Virus record (IMG/VR): IMGVR_UViG_3300048914_000065
From: a virus
Strand: one strand, 5' to 3'
DNA: 45,081 bases
The notes beneath the pieces were generated by a model. It worked only from the letters and a program-made list of their open reading frames with translations. It was not told the DNA's origin and ran no database searches. A program made the translations under genes and the position numbers. Below, in pieces: positions 17,693-26,322 of this stretch. Each line of letters starts with the position of its first letter. Position 1 is the stretch's first letter.

Positions 17693-18796
17693 TTAACGTT
17701 TCAACATAAGATTCAGTTTGTTTGCGAATTGTTCGACAGACAAAGGCTTATCACTTTCGAACTTCGGCATATCGCTTGCCTTTAAATCGCCGCTGCGCAA
17801 GGTGTCGGCTTTTCCAGCGCCAAGTATATCATTCTGAACGGCAATCGGTTGATTTTTAGCAAAATCATAAAACGATTTCGGCGGGTCGCTGGGGTCGTCA
17901 TCGACAGGAACCGTTTTGCTACGACACCGAATGTGGGCAGGCGGTAGCGGGCCTTCGCCGTAACGATATTTTTTGCCATCGCGACTACGGCAAATATCGG
18001 TTGTGTTTCGATCCAATACCGAGACCCATTGATATCTTTCGTAATATTGCGATGCAATCCCGGCTTGAACCGTGCTGGAAACGTGTTGTAAAACCGTGTC
18101 AAGTACGGCACCCGCTTGACCAAAGACGCGGTTTAATTGCCCGTCGCGCCGATTCGCTTCGGTTGAACCTTGTATTTCGGCTAAGACTTCTTTCACGGTT
18201 GATTTGTTGGCGTATCCTTTTGTTACGATGTTTTCGATTGACTTGGACGCCGACGCCACGAAGCCTTGCAGAAACGGCATTACGTTCAGACCGTTAGCGG
18301 GGATCGGTGCGCCAACAATTGATGCCCACATGCGGGCCGCTCCGTCCTTCCCAGGCTTCAGGGCGGCAAGACCCAACAGGCCGGCACTGAGCGCCAAACG
18401 CCCGGCTATATGGTCGGCATGGGCTTCGTCGTTGACCGGCGCGGGCGGTTCGTCGGCTGAGGCGTCGGCTTCAAGCGCCAGGGTTGCGAAAATCGATTTC
18501 GATACCTTTCGGTCGGCTTGCATGAACGCTTTAAGTTGCTCGACGATTTCGACAAGGTACGCGCTATAAACGCGGTTCTGCGTTGCTCGCACTTCACGAA
18601 GGAATAGCATTAATTGGGCCTTAGTCATTTGATCGAACGTATCGAATTTCATATCCACGAACAGATATTTCAATTCTTTGTTCAGTTCGATTAAGACTTT
18701 ATTAAAGGCGTTCAACTGGAACGCCTTTACGCCTTCAAGGTAAATTTGATGCCGTGTTAGAACATCAAGCAAACGTTGTTGGCTGCGCGGCATCAT
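17693..18796 (-). CDS. Head morphogenesis protein (SPP1 gp7 / Mu F-like).
   Basis: 367 aa with the signature WVSVLDRNTTDICRSRDGKKY...PLPPAHIRCRS. It follows the portal gene. Confidence 0.8.
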   Translation of the reverse strand: MMPRSQQRLLDVLTRHQIYLEGVKAFQLNAFNKVLIELNKELKYLFVDMKFDTFDQMTKAQLMLFLREVRATQNRVYSAYLVEIVEQLKAFMQADRKVSKSIFATLALEADASADEPPAPVNDEAHADHIAGRLALSAGLLGLAALKPGKDGAARMWASIVGAPIPANGLNVMPFLQGFVASASKSIENIVTKGYANKSTVKEVLAEIQGSTEANRRDGQLNRVFGQAGAVLDTVLQHVSSTVQAGIASQYYERYQWVSVLDRNTTDICRSRDGKKYRYGEGPLPPAHIRCRSKTVPVDDDPSDPPKSFYDFAKNQPIAVQNDILGAGKADTLRSGDLKASDMPKFESDKPLSVEQFANKLNLMLKR

Positions 18797-20268
18797 TGAC
18801 CCCCGGCGCCAGCATTAGAAGCCGGGTCGGCCGCGCTTGTCGCCGCGATACGATCCGCTTCAAGGTTAATCGCGGCTTGCTGTTCTTCTTCGATAGCTGC
18901 CTTTGCCACGTTATCGTCAAGAGTTGCAACGCCGGCTTTACGTAGTTGCGAACGCATTTCTTCGAACGTAATAGCGCCGCCTTGCCATTCTTTGATGAGT
19001 TGTGAGCGTTCGTCGGGCTTCATGCGTGCGATGTCGAAATCGGTGTTAAGTTCGCACTTGATTCCCGTCGGGCTAATACCTTCGAACAGGGCGCACCATT
19101 CAAGCGCCCATTTGTACGCGGCTGCAACGTTCTTTGCAACCGACGACAGAATGGACGTTTGCGCCATGTTGTCTTGACTTGCCTCCGTTGCGGTACGCTG
19201 GACGCTTTGTTCTTCGACGACTTTTGCGCCGAGTGCGACCATTAGTTTTTCTTTGTGTTGCATCGCTTCGAACGCCGTTGTATTCGGCTGAACTTGAAGC
19301 AATCCGGCCGAAGCGTTGACCGGCAACGGAATCCCGCCGCGCGAGCCCATCGCCAATTTGCCTTTGAGTACGTCCTTTACCCATTCTTGGGTAAGACCCG
19401 CCGCCCATACGGTAGGCTGTCCGACGATAAAGCAAAGTTCTTCATAGTCAGCGCTATTACGAAAGTGCGCGACGTTAACCGACGCTAACGCGCCCATTAC
19501 AGGCGTTTGCGGGTCAAAATCGTTTTTACCTGCGTCGATAAATCGGAATGGAATTTCGCCGAACGTGTTACCGCTTGCATCAGTTGGCGTGTACGCTTCT
19601 TTAACGGTGTACGTTGCCCCGCCGTCTTTGCGCCAGATTTGAACCGTATAAACACCGTCGACAATACGCAGTTCGCGGTATTGGTCTTCGAACCGTTTTT
19701 CGAAACCGTCGTCGTAATACTTGTGTTTCTCGCGTAGAACGACCAATGACGCTATGATCTTTGCGCCAACGCTAATTATGTCCCAATTGATAATATCAAG
19801 CGGGCCGTACGTTTTAAGCGTGGCTCGGTATTTTCCCGAATCTTTGTCTTTGCGACTGATGCCACCGTGCGGGGCTGCTGGATAATCGACCAATAGGCCG
19901 CTACGATTGAATGCCAGAACTTGCCCGCAGCTTTCTTTCTGCGATTGGGTCATGGTCATACCTGAACCGTCGGCATCATTTACGATGATTTGCAATGCGG
20001 CCGGAACTTCTACGACCGGATCACGCGCGAAGATTTGACCGACAAAACCGGCGTGCGTTTGCTGGGTCGCTCCGTAAAATACGGCACGTTCGCGATAAGC
20101 CTTGTATCGTGCGACGTTTTCTTTACTTGCATCATCGGGGTTAGGCATGGGTAGGTATTTAACTCCCGCCTTTTTAATCGCTTCTTCGCCCGCTAGCGCG
20201 TCGATAATCTTTTGATATAACGGTTTAAGGTCGGCGACTTCTTTTCGTACGTATGCTACGTTAGGCAT
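18793..20268 (-). CDS. Portal protein.
   Basis: Lies between the TerL and MuF-like genes. ATG 20268 is preceded by an AAGGGG Shine-Dalgarno, whereas the track start 20358 is an upstream alternative start inside terL. The product is 491 aa and DUF4055-like in pattern. Confidence 0.8.
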   Translation of the reverse strand: MPNVAYVRKEVADLKPLYQKIIDALAGEEAIKKAGVKYLPMPNPDDASKENVARYKAYRERAVFYGATQQTHAGFVGQIFARDPVVEVPAALQIIVNDADGSGMTMTQSQKESCGQVLAFNRSGLLVDYPAAPHGGISRKDKDSGKYRATLKTYGPLDIINWDIISVGAKIIASLVVLREKHKYYDDGFEKRFEDQYRELRIVDGVYTVQIWRKDGGATYTVKEAYTPTDASGNTFGEIPFRFIDAGKNDFDPQTPVMGALASVNVAHFRNSADYEELCFIVGQPTVWAAGLTQEWVKDVLKGKLAMGSRGGIPLPVNASAGLLQVQPNTTAFEAMQHKEKLMVALGAKVVEEQSVQRTATEASQDNMAQTSILSSVAKNVAAAYKWALEWCALFEGISPTGIKCELNTDFDIARMKPDERSQLIKEWQGGAITFEEMRSQLRKAGVATLDDNVAKAAIEEEQQAAINLEADRIAATSAADPASNAGAGGQ

Positions 20269-20281
20269 ATTGGCCCCTTTA

Positions 20282-21871
20282 TTATGTTGCGAAACTAATT
20301 TCAAGCGATGTTGCAATATGATTGTTACCGGCCAATACGCGATACTTGACCATATCAAACGCGTGCGTTTCCGCGCTGTCGTCTACTTCGTCCGGCTTAT
20401 CTTCGTCGCGCGGCAAGTTCGGGATAATGGCAATTGAAGCCCGGCAATTATCCATGAAATACAGGCCGGGCAGTTCGCCCCGGCAAGAATTTTGTAAGCG
20501 GTCGCGCATAAGTTGTAAACCTATGGCGTTCGACCCAGGGGCTTTGTTTGATTTCGTCCAGCGTATGCCGCGATCCGCCATCATCTTTTCAATCGTATCT
20601 ACGGATACGTCGTTGACGTTCGATATTTGGTTGTCGGCGGGGCCGGGCAACGGTTGCTTTTGAATCCATCCGTTCGCCATCATAACGATTTCGCGGTCTT
20701 TTATGCCGTCGGCGATATCGCGGGCCGACATTTTCAAACCTACGTTAGTTCCAATTTCTTTTGTGCCGTACCATTCGGCCAATTGCACAAGCGTTCCAGG
20801 CGGCGGGCAAAATGCGTCACCGTTCTGTAATGTCGCTTCTTCGCCGTTCGCTTCCGCCCACCATCCGACGCTAAATGGATGCGTAGACCCCCAATCAAAC
20901 GAACGATCAAGACGCCAGGAATACGGCACGTAGAAGCGCGGCTTTACGTGGATATGCTTATGCCAAACATCATCGAACGCCCCGCCTGTCACCACGTCCC
21001 AATCGCCGTACAGCCATGCTCGCTTAAGGTTCGGGTCGTCGATACTTTCAAGTTCGGCGACATATTCGGGCGAAAGGTAAATATTTTCACGGTACGAACC
21101 GAAGATCGCAACTTGCGTCTTAATTACGATTTCTTCTTGTTGCGTGCGCGGGTTGAATACCGGGATTTCTTTCTTTACGACTACGCCGCTAGACGCCGGA
21201 TCAATGAAGCGACGTTTCACCCAATTGTGACCGGGGCCATTCGGGTTAGTCGTGCTGAATACTTCAAGCGGAATTTCCGGCAACGGCTTTCCGTCGTGCG
21301 TCAAGTAGGCGCCAGTTTTAGGATTCTTCGGGGTGTGCTTTTCGGGTACGAACGAAGAACGATTCGTCGACATCATTTTATCGTAGAGATACGATGTTGC
21401 CTGTTTCGTTAATTCGTTCCATCCGATGAACGGGTATTCGTGGCCGTGAAATTGGTCGTAATCACCTGGGCGTTTCGCATGCCTAAACAGCAGTTCTTCG
21501 CCGGTCGGCCAAACCCATTTGTATTCACTAGCGCTGCTAAGAAACTTCGCTCCGTCGTTGAACTTCGAAAAGAAACGCTTTGACTGTGCGACCAAATCGC
21601 CCAGGTTCTTAAATTCTTTGTCTAGGATAATGCCGCGCCAGTACGCACCGTACCCGATGCCCACATTGCGGCGGAATCGCATAAGCTGGGTGATAGTTTT
21701 ACCGGGGCCGCGTGCGCCGTGATACAGCGTATGCGAACAGCGCGTGTCCAACGCCAATTCTTGCGAACTGCCGGGGATAGGCTCCCAAACGGTATTAACT
21801 TCGACACTAAGTTTTTTCTTAGACTGTAGAAGTTCGTCACGCGTTTTAATGTGCGACGGGTTTAGCTGCAT
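20282..21871 (-). CDS. terL: Terminase large subunit.
   Basis: 529 aa with a Walker A-like YHGARGPGKT and a C-terminal nuclease-type region. It lies upstream of the portal gene. Confidence 0.9.
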   Translation of the reverse strand: MQLNPSHIKTRDELLQSKKKLSVEVNTVWEPIPGSSQELALDTRCSHTLYHGARGPGKTITQLMRFRRNVGIGYGAYWRGIILDKEFKNLGDLVAQSKRFFSKFNDGAKFLSSASEYKWVWPTGEELLFRHAKRPGDYDQFHGHEYPFIGWNELTKQATSYLYDKMMSTNRSSFVPEKHTPKNPKTGAYLTHDGKPLPEIPLEVFSTTNPNGPGHNWVKRRFIDPASSGVVVKKEIPVFNPRTQQEEIVIKTQVAIFGSYRENIYLSPEYVAELESIDDPNLKRAWLYGDWDVVTGGAFDDVWHKHIHVKPRFYVPYSWRLDRSFDWGSTHPFSVGWWAEANGEEATLQNGDAFCPPPGTLVQLAEWYGTKEIGTNVGLKMSARDIADGIKDREIVMMANGWIQKQPLPGPADNQISNVNDVSVDTIEKMMADRGIRWTKSNKAPGSNAIGLQLMRDRLQNSCRGELPGLYFMDNCRASIAIIPNLPRDEDKPDEVDDSAETHAFDMVKYRVLAGNNHIATSLEISFAT

Positions 21872-22337
21872 TTTCGATCAACACTTCTTGTTGGCGGCGC
21901 AGCTTTTCGGCCCATTGCTCATTGGTGCCATGATCGCGGACGATCATAACGTTGTTTGCCTGAATGTTCGTAGTTCCTTCGCCGGCCGCGTCTTTTGGCT
22001 TTTCGATAAAGCCGCGCAACGATGAATAGAACTTCAACATTTCTAAGCGGTCTTTATCTTCCATTGGGCGTTCAGCCGTAGCCAAATCCCAAACCTTGCG
22101 GGCGACTTCGGCTTTCGATGGCAAGCCGAACATTTCACCGTCATCGTCAAGAATGCGTTGTTTCTCGGCGCATACTAACGGATCGTTGATCCAGTGCGAT
22201 GCAACGTACAGTGCGCGGCCCGTATCGGTGCCGAAGACTTCTAGCCCGGCTTTGAATGGATCGTTAGGAAACCGCAGCATTGCGGCGGCGAACTTTAATT
22301 TAAGTTCGTCTTCGTTTTGAATGATTAGTTCTGACAT
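21846..22337 (-). CDS. Putative terminase small subunit.
   Basis: 163 aa, immediately upstream of and overlapping terL. The call rests on position and size only. Confidence 0.45.
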   Translation of the reverse strand: MSELIIQNEDELKLKFAAAMLRFPNDPFKAGLEVFGTDTGRALYVASHWINDPLVCAEKQRILDDDGEMFGLPSKAEVARKVWDLATAERPMEDKDRLEMLKFYSSLRGFIEKPKDAAGEGTTNIQANNVMIVRDHGTNEQWAEKLRRQQEVLIENAAKPVAH

Positions 22338-22346
22338 AAAAGAAAA

Positions 22347-22385
22347 CCGCGCTGTACGTTGAAATTAATCAACAGTATAGCGCGG
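22347..22385 (-). other. Long imperfect hairpin followed on the minus strand by TTTTCTTTT, directly upstream of the terS ATG.
   Basis: ccgcgct...agcgcgg outer stem with an inner gttga/tcaac pairing. It lies in the only gap between the spanin and terS genes. Confidence 0.4.
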
Positions 22386-22413
22386 CTTCGTTCCCCGAGG
22401 CAAATTGTTACGG

Positions 22414-22704
22414 TCACAATCGGGGCTTTTCTTTCGGCCTGTCGGCGGTCGTTTGTTCCTTCAGCAATGATGCCGGTTGCGCCGGGGCTGCACAAACCGT
22501 CATATAGGTTTCATTGTGGGCAAGGATTTGACGCGCCGTTTCGTCGGTCAGTACGTCCGATTTGCTAATGAAAATTGGTGCCGCCCATTTGCAACCCGTA
22601 TCAATTACAACAGGCGTTGGCGGCGGTTTAATCTCGCGACCATCGATCGCGCAAGCGGTCAGCAGCAGAACCGACAGGCATACGGATAACATCAGATTGT
22701 ACAT
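22414..22704 (-). CDS. o-spanin (outer-membrane lipoprotein, Rz1-like).
   Basis: 96 aa with lipobox LLLTAC and a Pro-rich mature N-terminus. It overlaps the end of the i-spanin gene by 77 nt. Confidence 0.75.
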   Translation of the reverse strand: MYNLMLSVCLSVLLLTACAIDGREIKPPPTPVVIDTGCKWAAPIFISKSDVLTDETARQILAHNETYMTVCAAPAQPASLLKEQTTADRPKEKPRL

Positions 22705-22897
22705 TCGATTTGCTTTCGATTACTGCGGTTTCGTGTTCGGCTTCGGCAATGACGCGGGTGTTTTCCACGGCCTGGGCCTGGGTTTGTTTCGTTTGCGCGA
22801 CGACTTCGGCGTTAGTGTTTGCATCCTTTCGACCCTTGAAATATACAGCAATTACACCAACGATTGCAAGCAATATGCCCACAAGTGACCCGCTCAT
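22628..22897 (-). CDS. i-spanin (Rz-like).
   Basis: 89 aa with an N-terminal TMD (LVGILLAIVGVIAVYF) and a charged helical periplasmic part. It follows the endolysin gene. Confidence 0.7.
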   Translation of the reverse strand: MSGSLVGILLAIVGVIAVYFKGRKDANTNAEVVAQTKQTQAQAVENTRVIAEAEHETAVIESKSNVQSDVIRMPVGSAADRLRDRWSRD

Positions 22898-23391
22898 GAT
22901 ATGAATCCCCCATTCCTACGGTAATACAAAACCAAAACTTCAAGGCTGTTTTCGTGCTGGCCGTAACCCGCGCCGTGTAACGAAGCCCAAATGCTATTGC
23001 ATTTTTCGACAGCTACGTCAAAACGACCGGCTTTGATATCGTCCAGTGCTTTGCGTTCTTTGATCTGCTGCACGGCGATAATGTCTTGTGATTCGGGGCT
23101 GAAATCCGGCAACTTCAACTGTTCTTTGTATGCGTCGTAATAACGGCCAAGCAACTGATAACGCCCCGCCGCCGTTGAGTAGTTGTGGATTTTTTCAATC
23201 CAGACCTTGACTTTTGGATGCGATGCGTAAGTGGGGAACAACGTCGGCTGATTCGCAGTACTGCCGACAATAACGTTGTACCCGTCGTCGCTTTTGCGCA
23301 GTAATGCCGGGCCGATTTCCGATAGCGCGATCATATCCAAAAACGCGGCAACGTTTTGACCGCCGATGCGGTTCGGGTCAATCCTTGGCAT
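22894..23391 (-). CDS. Endolysin, lambda R-like lytic transglycosylase.
   Basis: 165 aa. FLDMIALSEIG, GYNVIVGS, STAAGRYQLL, DFSPESQD and CNSIWASLHGAGYGQHE align closely with lambda R as I recall it. Confidence 0.9.
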   Translation of the reverse strand: MPRIDPNRIGGQNVAAFLDMIALSEIGPALLRKSDDGYNVIVGSTANQPTLFPTYASHPKVKVWIEKIHNYSTAAGRYQLLGRYYDAYKEQLKLPDFSPESQDIIAVQQIKERKALDDIKAGRFDVAVEKCNSIWASLHGAGYGQHENSLEVLVLYYRRNGGFIS

Positions 23392-23605
23392 TTTCTTCTT
23401 TTCCGCCCTGTTTCAACAGGCGTACGATTACGCCTAGAACAAGCATTGCGATGCTAATTTTGTTCAGCAGATCGGGCGGGATTGCCGCTTTCAGTTCGGC
23501 GGGCGCTTCCAAATATGCCGTAAGAACCACGGCACCCCATGCCATGATATGCATGCTGAACCATTTGTAAGCCTTGCGCCAGTCTTCGACAAGTTGAATT
23601 TTCAT
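23378..23605 (-). CDS. Holin candidate (two TMDs).
   Basis: 75 aa with two hydrophobic helices (IMAWGAVVLTAYL, ISIAMLVLGVIVRLL) and a charged C-terminus. It lies upstream of the endolysin gene. Confidence 0.6.
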   Translation of the reverse strand: MKIQLVEDWRKAYKWFSMHIMAWGAVVLTAYLEAPAELKAAIPPDLLNKISIAMLVLGVIVRLLKQGGKEENAKD

Positions 23606-23973
23606 TTCACCCCCGATTGCGGTTGATAGCGGGCAGATTCACCCTGTTTGATGACGTATTCAACAAGTGACAGTCGCGTTTCGCGGGCTTGCCCTTGCGC
23701 TTTGATTTCGTTAATTGAGTTAAGCAGCCAGCCGATTGCGCCGACGGATATGACGGCGCCGGCCCCGATAACTTTCCAGATATGCGCGTGAATCGCCACA
23801 GTTTGCGACAACCCGTTTACTTTTGCGTCTTGATCGTCAATACGTTGCGACATACGATCATTGAGCGTGTCGATTGAATCTTGCATACGTTTAAATTGCC
23901 GCGACATTTCGTCGAATTTTTCGACTAGCACGGCAACTTGTATCGGGTTGATTTGTTGTTCTGCGGTTGACAC
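23602..23973 (-). CDS. Membrane protein, first gene of the late block (possible holin partner or lysis regulator).
   Basis: 123 aa with a GTG start, a coiled-coil N-terminus and a single TMD (VIGAGAVISVGAIGWLL). Confidence 0.35.
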   Translation of the reverse strand: MSTAEQQINPIQVAVLVEKFDEMSRQFKRMQDSIDTLNDRMSQRIDDQDAKVNGLSQTVAIHAHIWKVIGAGAVISVGAIGWLLNSINEIKAQGQARETRLSLVEYVIKQGESARYQPQSGVK

Positions 23974-24025
23974 GTTTTGCGCTTGGGAAATGTTCAGAAT
24001 TAGCGCATGTTAACTTGATCTGAGG

Positions 24026-24056
24026 CAAAAGAAAAGCCCCGCAGAGGGGCGGGGCT
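24026..24056 (-). terminator. Rho-independent terminator of the 267-aa gene.
   Basis: The minus strand reads agccccgc-ccctct-gcggggct followed by TTTTCTTTT. A second GC hairpin (cggccc/gggccg, 24092-24108) lies just upstream. Confidence 0.75.
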
Positions 24057-24122
24057 GGTTTGGCATGGGAAGGTATCGCGGGGGCTACAATCGGCCCGCT
24101 TGGGGCCGATCCTGGGCCGGGC

Positions 24123-24926
24123 TTAGGCAGTGCGCCACACGCGCGCACCCTTGCCGCGACCTTGGGCCGTTTCGTCGACCGGGCGCACCATGAAAACGCG
24201 GGTGTTCTGCATCTTCGGCACGGTCGCGGTTTCCACTTGGCCGGTCTTGATGTACGAGCCGTCTTCGCCCTTGACGCGCTTGCCGCCTTCGTCGGTCTTG
24301 TAGACGTGACGGGTGACGGTTTCGGTTTCGCCCGGCACTTCGACGGCGTAACGTGCGGTCGCGCTGGAAACGGTCGAAGCCAGGGATTTCGCCGGGTTCG
24401 GGTTGTCGTCGGTCGCCGGGACGAAGAACGATTGACCCGGTTGCAGCGCGTCGAACGGGTATTTCTCGCCACCGACGCGGCGTTTCGAACCAGACGGCGG
24501 CGGGATATCGTTGTCGATTGCGAACGACGATGCGGTGACGGCCAGGGTTGCGGCGGACATGGTTGCGACGTTTTGGTTCATGTTGCTGTTTCCTTCGGTT
24601 TCGGATTGGTTGTTGATAACGACGGCGCCGGAATTGGCGGCATCGTTTGCGGCATCGGCTTCGCTGTTTTCGTCTTTCGGCAGTGCCGCGACGTACGCCA
24701 CGCCGTCGGCAGTGGCTCGCGTTGCGACTTCGCCGGCATCATTCTTCAGTGCGTTGTTTACCTCGATCAGACCGGAAACGAGCATCGCCGCATTGTCTTC
24801 GCCTTTGGTGTAGATGAAACTATTAGCGTTGGTTGCGGTGACGATCCGGTTCAGCAGATCGACATTAAAGGCCGGTTTAACTGCGGAAGCGGTCTTGTCC
24901 GATGCGCGGCGTTTTGCGGTTGCCAT
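24123..24926 (-). CDS. Hypothetical protein, probably abundant, transcribed as its own unit.
   Basis: 267 aa. It has its own promoter, a GGAG Shine-Dalgarno and a terminator, and is 63-70% GC in lines read by eye. The protein has an N-terminal globular part, an acidic/Asn-rich linker and a C-terminal part with YPFDALQPGQSFFV. Confidence 0.6.
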   Translation of the reverse strand: MATAKRRASDKTASAVKPAFNVDLLNRIVTATNANSFIYTKGEDNAAMLVSGLIEVNNALKNDAGEVATRATADGVAYVAALPKDENSEADAANDAANSGAVVINNQSETEGNSNMNQNVATMSAATLAVTASSFAIDNDIPPPSGSKRRVGGEKYPFDALQPGQSFFVPATDDNPNPAKSLASTVSSATARYAVEVPGETETVTRHVYKTDEGGKRVKGEDGSYIKTGQVETATVPKMQNTRVFMVRPVDETAQGRGKGARVWRTA

Positions 24927-24983
24927 GTTCGTTACTCCAATCAGGTTTAGGTTTGAACTACGTTTGTTTGCTGCGATGTGTGA

Positions 24984-25012
24984 ATCTTAAGGCGTCTTAA
25001 AATGTTCGTCAA
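24984..25012 (-). promoter_or_regulatory. Sigma70-type promoter, TTGACG-N17-TAAGAT.
   Basis: -35 at 25012..25007 and -10 at 24989..24984 on the minus strand, with a 17-nt spacer. It lies about 60 nt upstream of ATG 24926. Confidence 0.6.
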
Positions 25013-25026
25013 CAACTTTCGCAAAA

Positions 25027-25179
25027 TTATTTCGTGAAGTAGCCGACAACAAACGACACGGCGACGACAAGCGCGACCGTTTTAACAAAACGGCGAGTCA
25101 TGCGCGCTTGATACGCCTGTTCCGACTCGCCTTCATACGGGCCAAAGTTCCAATACCAATTCAATAGTTTGTCAAGCAT
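25027..25179 (-). CDS. Small membrane protein (50 aa), not in the ORF track.
   Basis: My translation: MLDKLLNWYWNFGPYEGESEQAYQARMTRRFVKTVALVVAVSFVVGYFTK. AGGA sits just before the ATG, and the ORF fills an otherwise empty gap. Confidence 0.35.
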   Translation of the reverse strand: MLDKLLNWYWNFGPYEGESEQAYQARMTRRFVKTVALVVAVSFVVGYFTK

Positions 25180-25222
25180 GATCCTAACTCTCTATGGATG
25201 CCCACATGCTAGCGGGCCATGG

Positions 25223-25609
25223 TTACAGGGCTTCAACGTACCGAATGGCGGTCGCGGTCGGAACTTCGCCAGTGCCGCCGCATAGGTCGCAAGGTTTGCC
25301 GTCGAGTACACAGCGACCATTACACGACGGGCAGTGAACGTAACCCGAATGCGTACCGCCTTCGCCGAAGTATCCAGGCAATACAAGATTGGGATTGCCG
25401 CCCGCTGCGATGTACCCGCGAATGTACTGCGCGATTTCTAGTACGCCCATTTCGCCGCCGCAGTTCATACATACGGCCTTTGCGCCGAACATGATTGCAA
25501 ACGCTTCGGGGTCGTAACGATGCAGCGTGCAGCCGTCCAGTTTGATGCGATTGATCTTCGCACGCTTGAACAGATTACGCTGAATGTTTGGCATGTCGAC
25601 TTGACTCAT
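25223..25609 (-). CDS. Cys-rich protein with DnaJ-type CxxCxGxG-like zinc-finger repeats.
   Basis: 128 aa containing CMNCGGEM, CPSCNGRC and CDLCGGTG. Confidence 0.5.
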   Translation of the reverse strand: MSQVDMPNIQRNLFKRAKINRIKLDGCTLHRYDPEAFAIMFGAKAVCMNCGGEMGVLEIAQYIRGYIAAGGNPNLVLPGYFGEGGTHSGYVHCPSCNGRCVLDGKPCDLCGGTGEVPTATAIRYVEAL

Positions 25610-26013
25610 TTCGGGCTCTTATGAAGTTGGTTTAATACGAACAGGAACGGGTCGTTAGGGTTCTTGCCTTTTTCTTTTGCACGGCGTCTTGCCCGTTCAA
25701 GGTTCAATGCGGGGCGATGCTTCAAATAATACCTGCTGTGCAGTTCTTTAGATTCGAACGGCCCAGGTTTCCCCGCGTCTTCGCCTGGGCCATACGTCCA
25801 TACGGCCATCCAATACGCCCGTTTAAAACCTGGGCGCTCGTTGCGAACATAGCTGTGTATGTGGGCAAGCCCGGCCTTTCTAAGACGCCGCATAGTATGA
25901 CGCACGGCATTTTCATTACAGCCCATCTTATCGGCCAGCACGTAAATATCGGACGGCCCCAGCAACTTTAGCAGTGCCAGGGCCATGTCTTTAAGTTCGT
26001 TTCGTTTTGTCAT
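25606..26013 (-). CDS. Winged-helix DNA-binding protein.
   Basis: 135 aa. The segment IYVLADKMGCNENAVRHTMRRLRKAGLAHI is a wHTH-like pattern, and the C-terminus is basic. Confidence 0.5.
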   Translation of the reverse strand: MTKRNELKDMALALLKLLGPSDIYVLADKMGCNENAVRHTMRRLRKAGLAHIHSYVRNERPGFKRAYWMAVWTYGPGEDAGKPGPFESKELHSRYYLKHRPALNLERARRRAKEKGKNPNDPFLFVLNQLHKSPK

Positions 26014-26264
26014 TTCGCGTGTTTGTCGATATACGCTTGAATGGCGTTTTCGATTTCTTGGGCTTCGCCGCTTTCTTCCAGGTCGGCATAGAACCAGTAT
26101 CCGAACGCTTCGCCGCTACTGCGGTTGATTGCGTCCCAATCTTCGAAGGTTGTACGCACGCCGGGCCCGTCAGTTTCGTCCGGTTCAAAGACGGTGAAGC
26201 GAATAGTTACGTCCAAGCCATGAACGGTCATCGGAAAAGAACCGTCGTATCGAGTCAAGACCAT
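26010..26264 (-). CDS. Hypothetical acidic protein.
   Basis: ATG 26264 (MVLTRYDG...) has an AGGGG Shine-Dalgarno and avoids overlap. The track start 26381 would overlap the upstream gene by 59 nt. Confidence 0.4.
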   Translation of the reverse strand: MVLTRYDGSFPMTVHGLDVTIRFTVFEPDETDGPGVRTTFEDWDAINRSSGEAFGYWFYADLEESGEAQEIENAIQAYIDKHAK

Positions 26265-26322
26265 TTCAGAACCCCTGATAGTTGTTTGATGGCTCGATAA
26301 TACGACGGTTCTTTGATCTACG

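Noticed and set aside
24060-24950. 296-aa plus-strand ORF, and the 193-aa Arg/Pro-rich minus-strand ORF 23891..24472, at the 267-aa gene locus.
   Set aside because: The promoter, Shine-Dalgarno and terminator all support the 24123..24926 minus-strand frame. The alternatives are Gly/Arg/Val- or Arg/Pro/Thr-rich nonsense and would run across the terminator hairpin.
24927-25222. tRNA or small RNA gene in the gaps at 24927-25222, 31234-31522 and 34100-34277.
   Set aside because: I could not fold any cloverleaf with acceptor, T-arm (GTTCRANYC) and anticodon features. The gaps are better explained by a promoter plus a small ORF, the iteron array, and divergent promoters.
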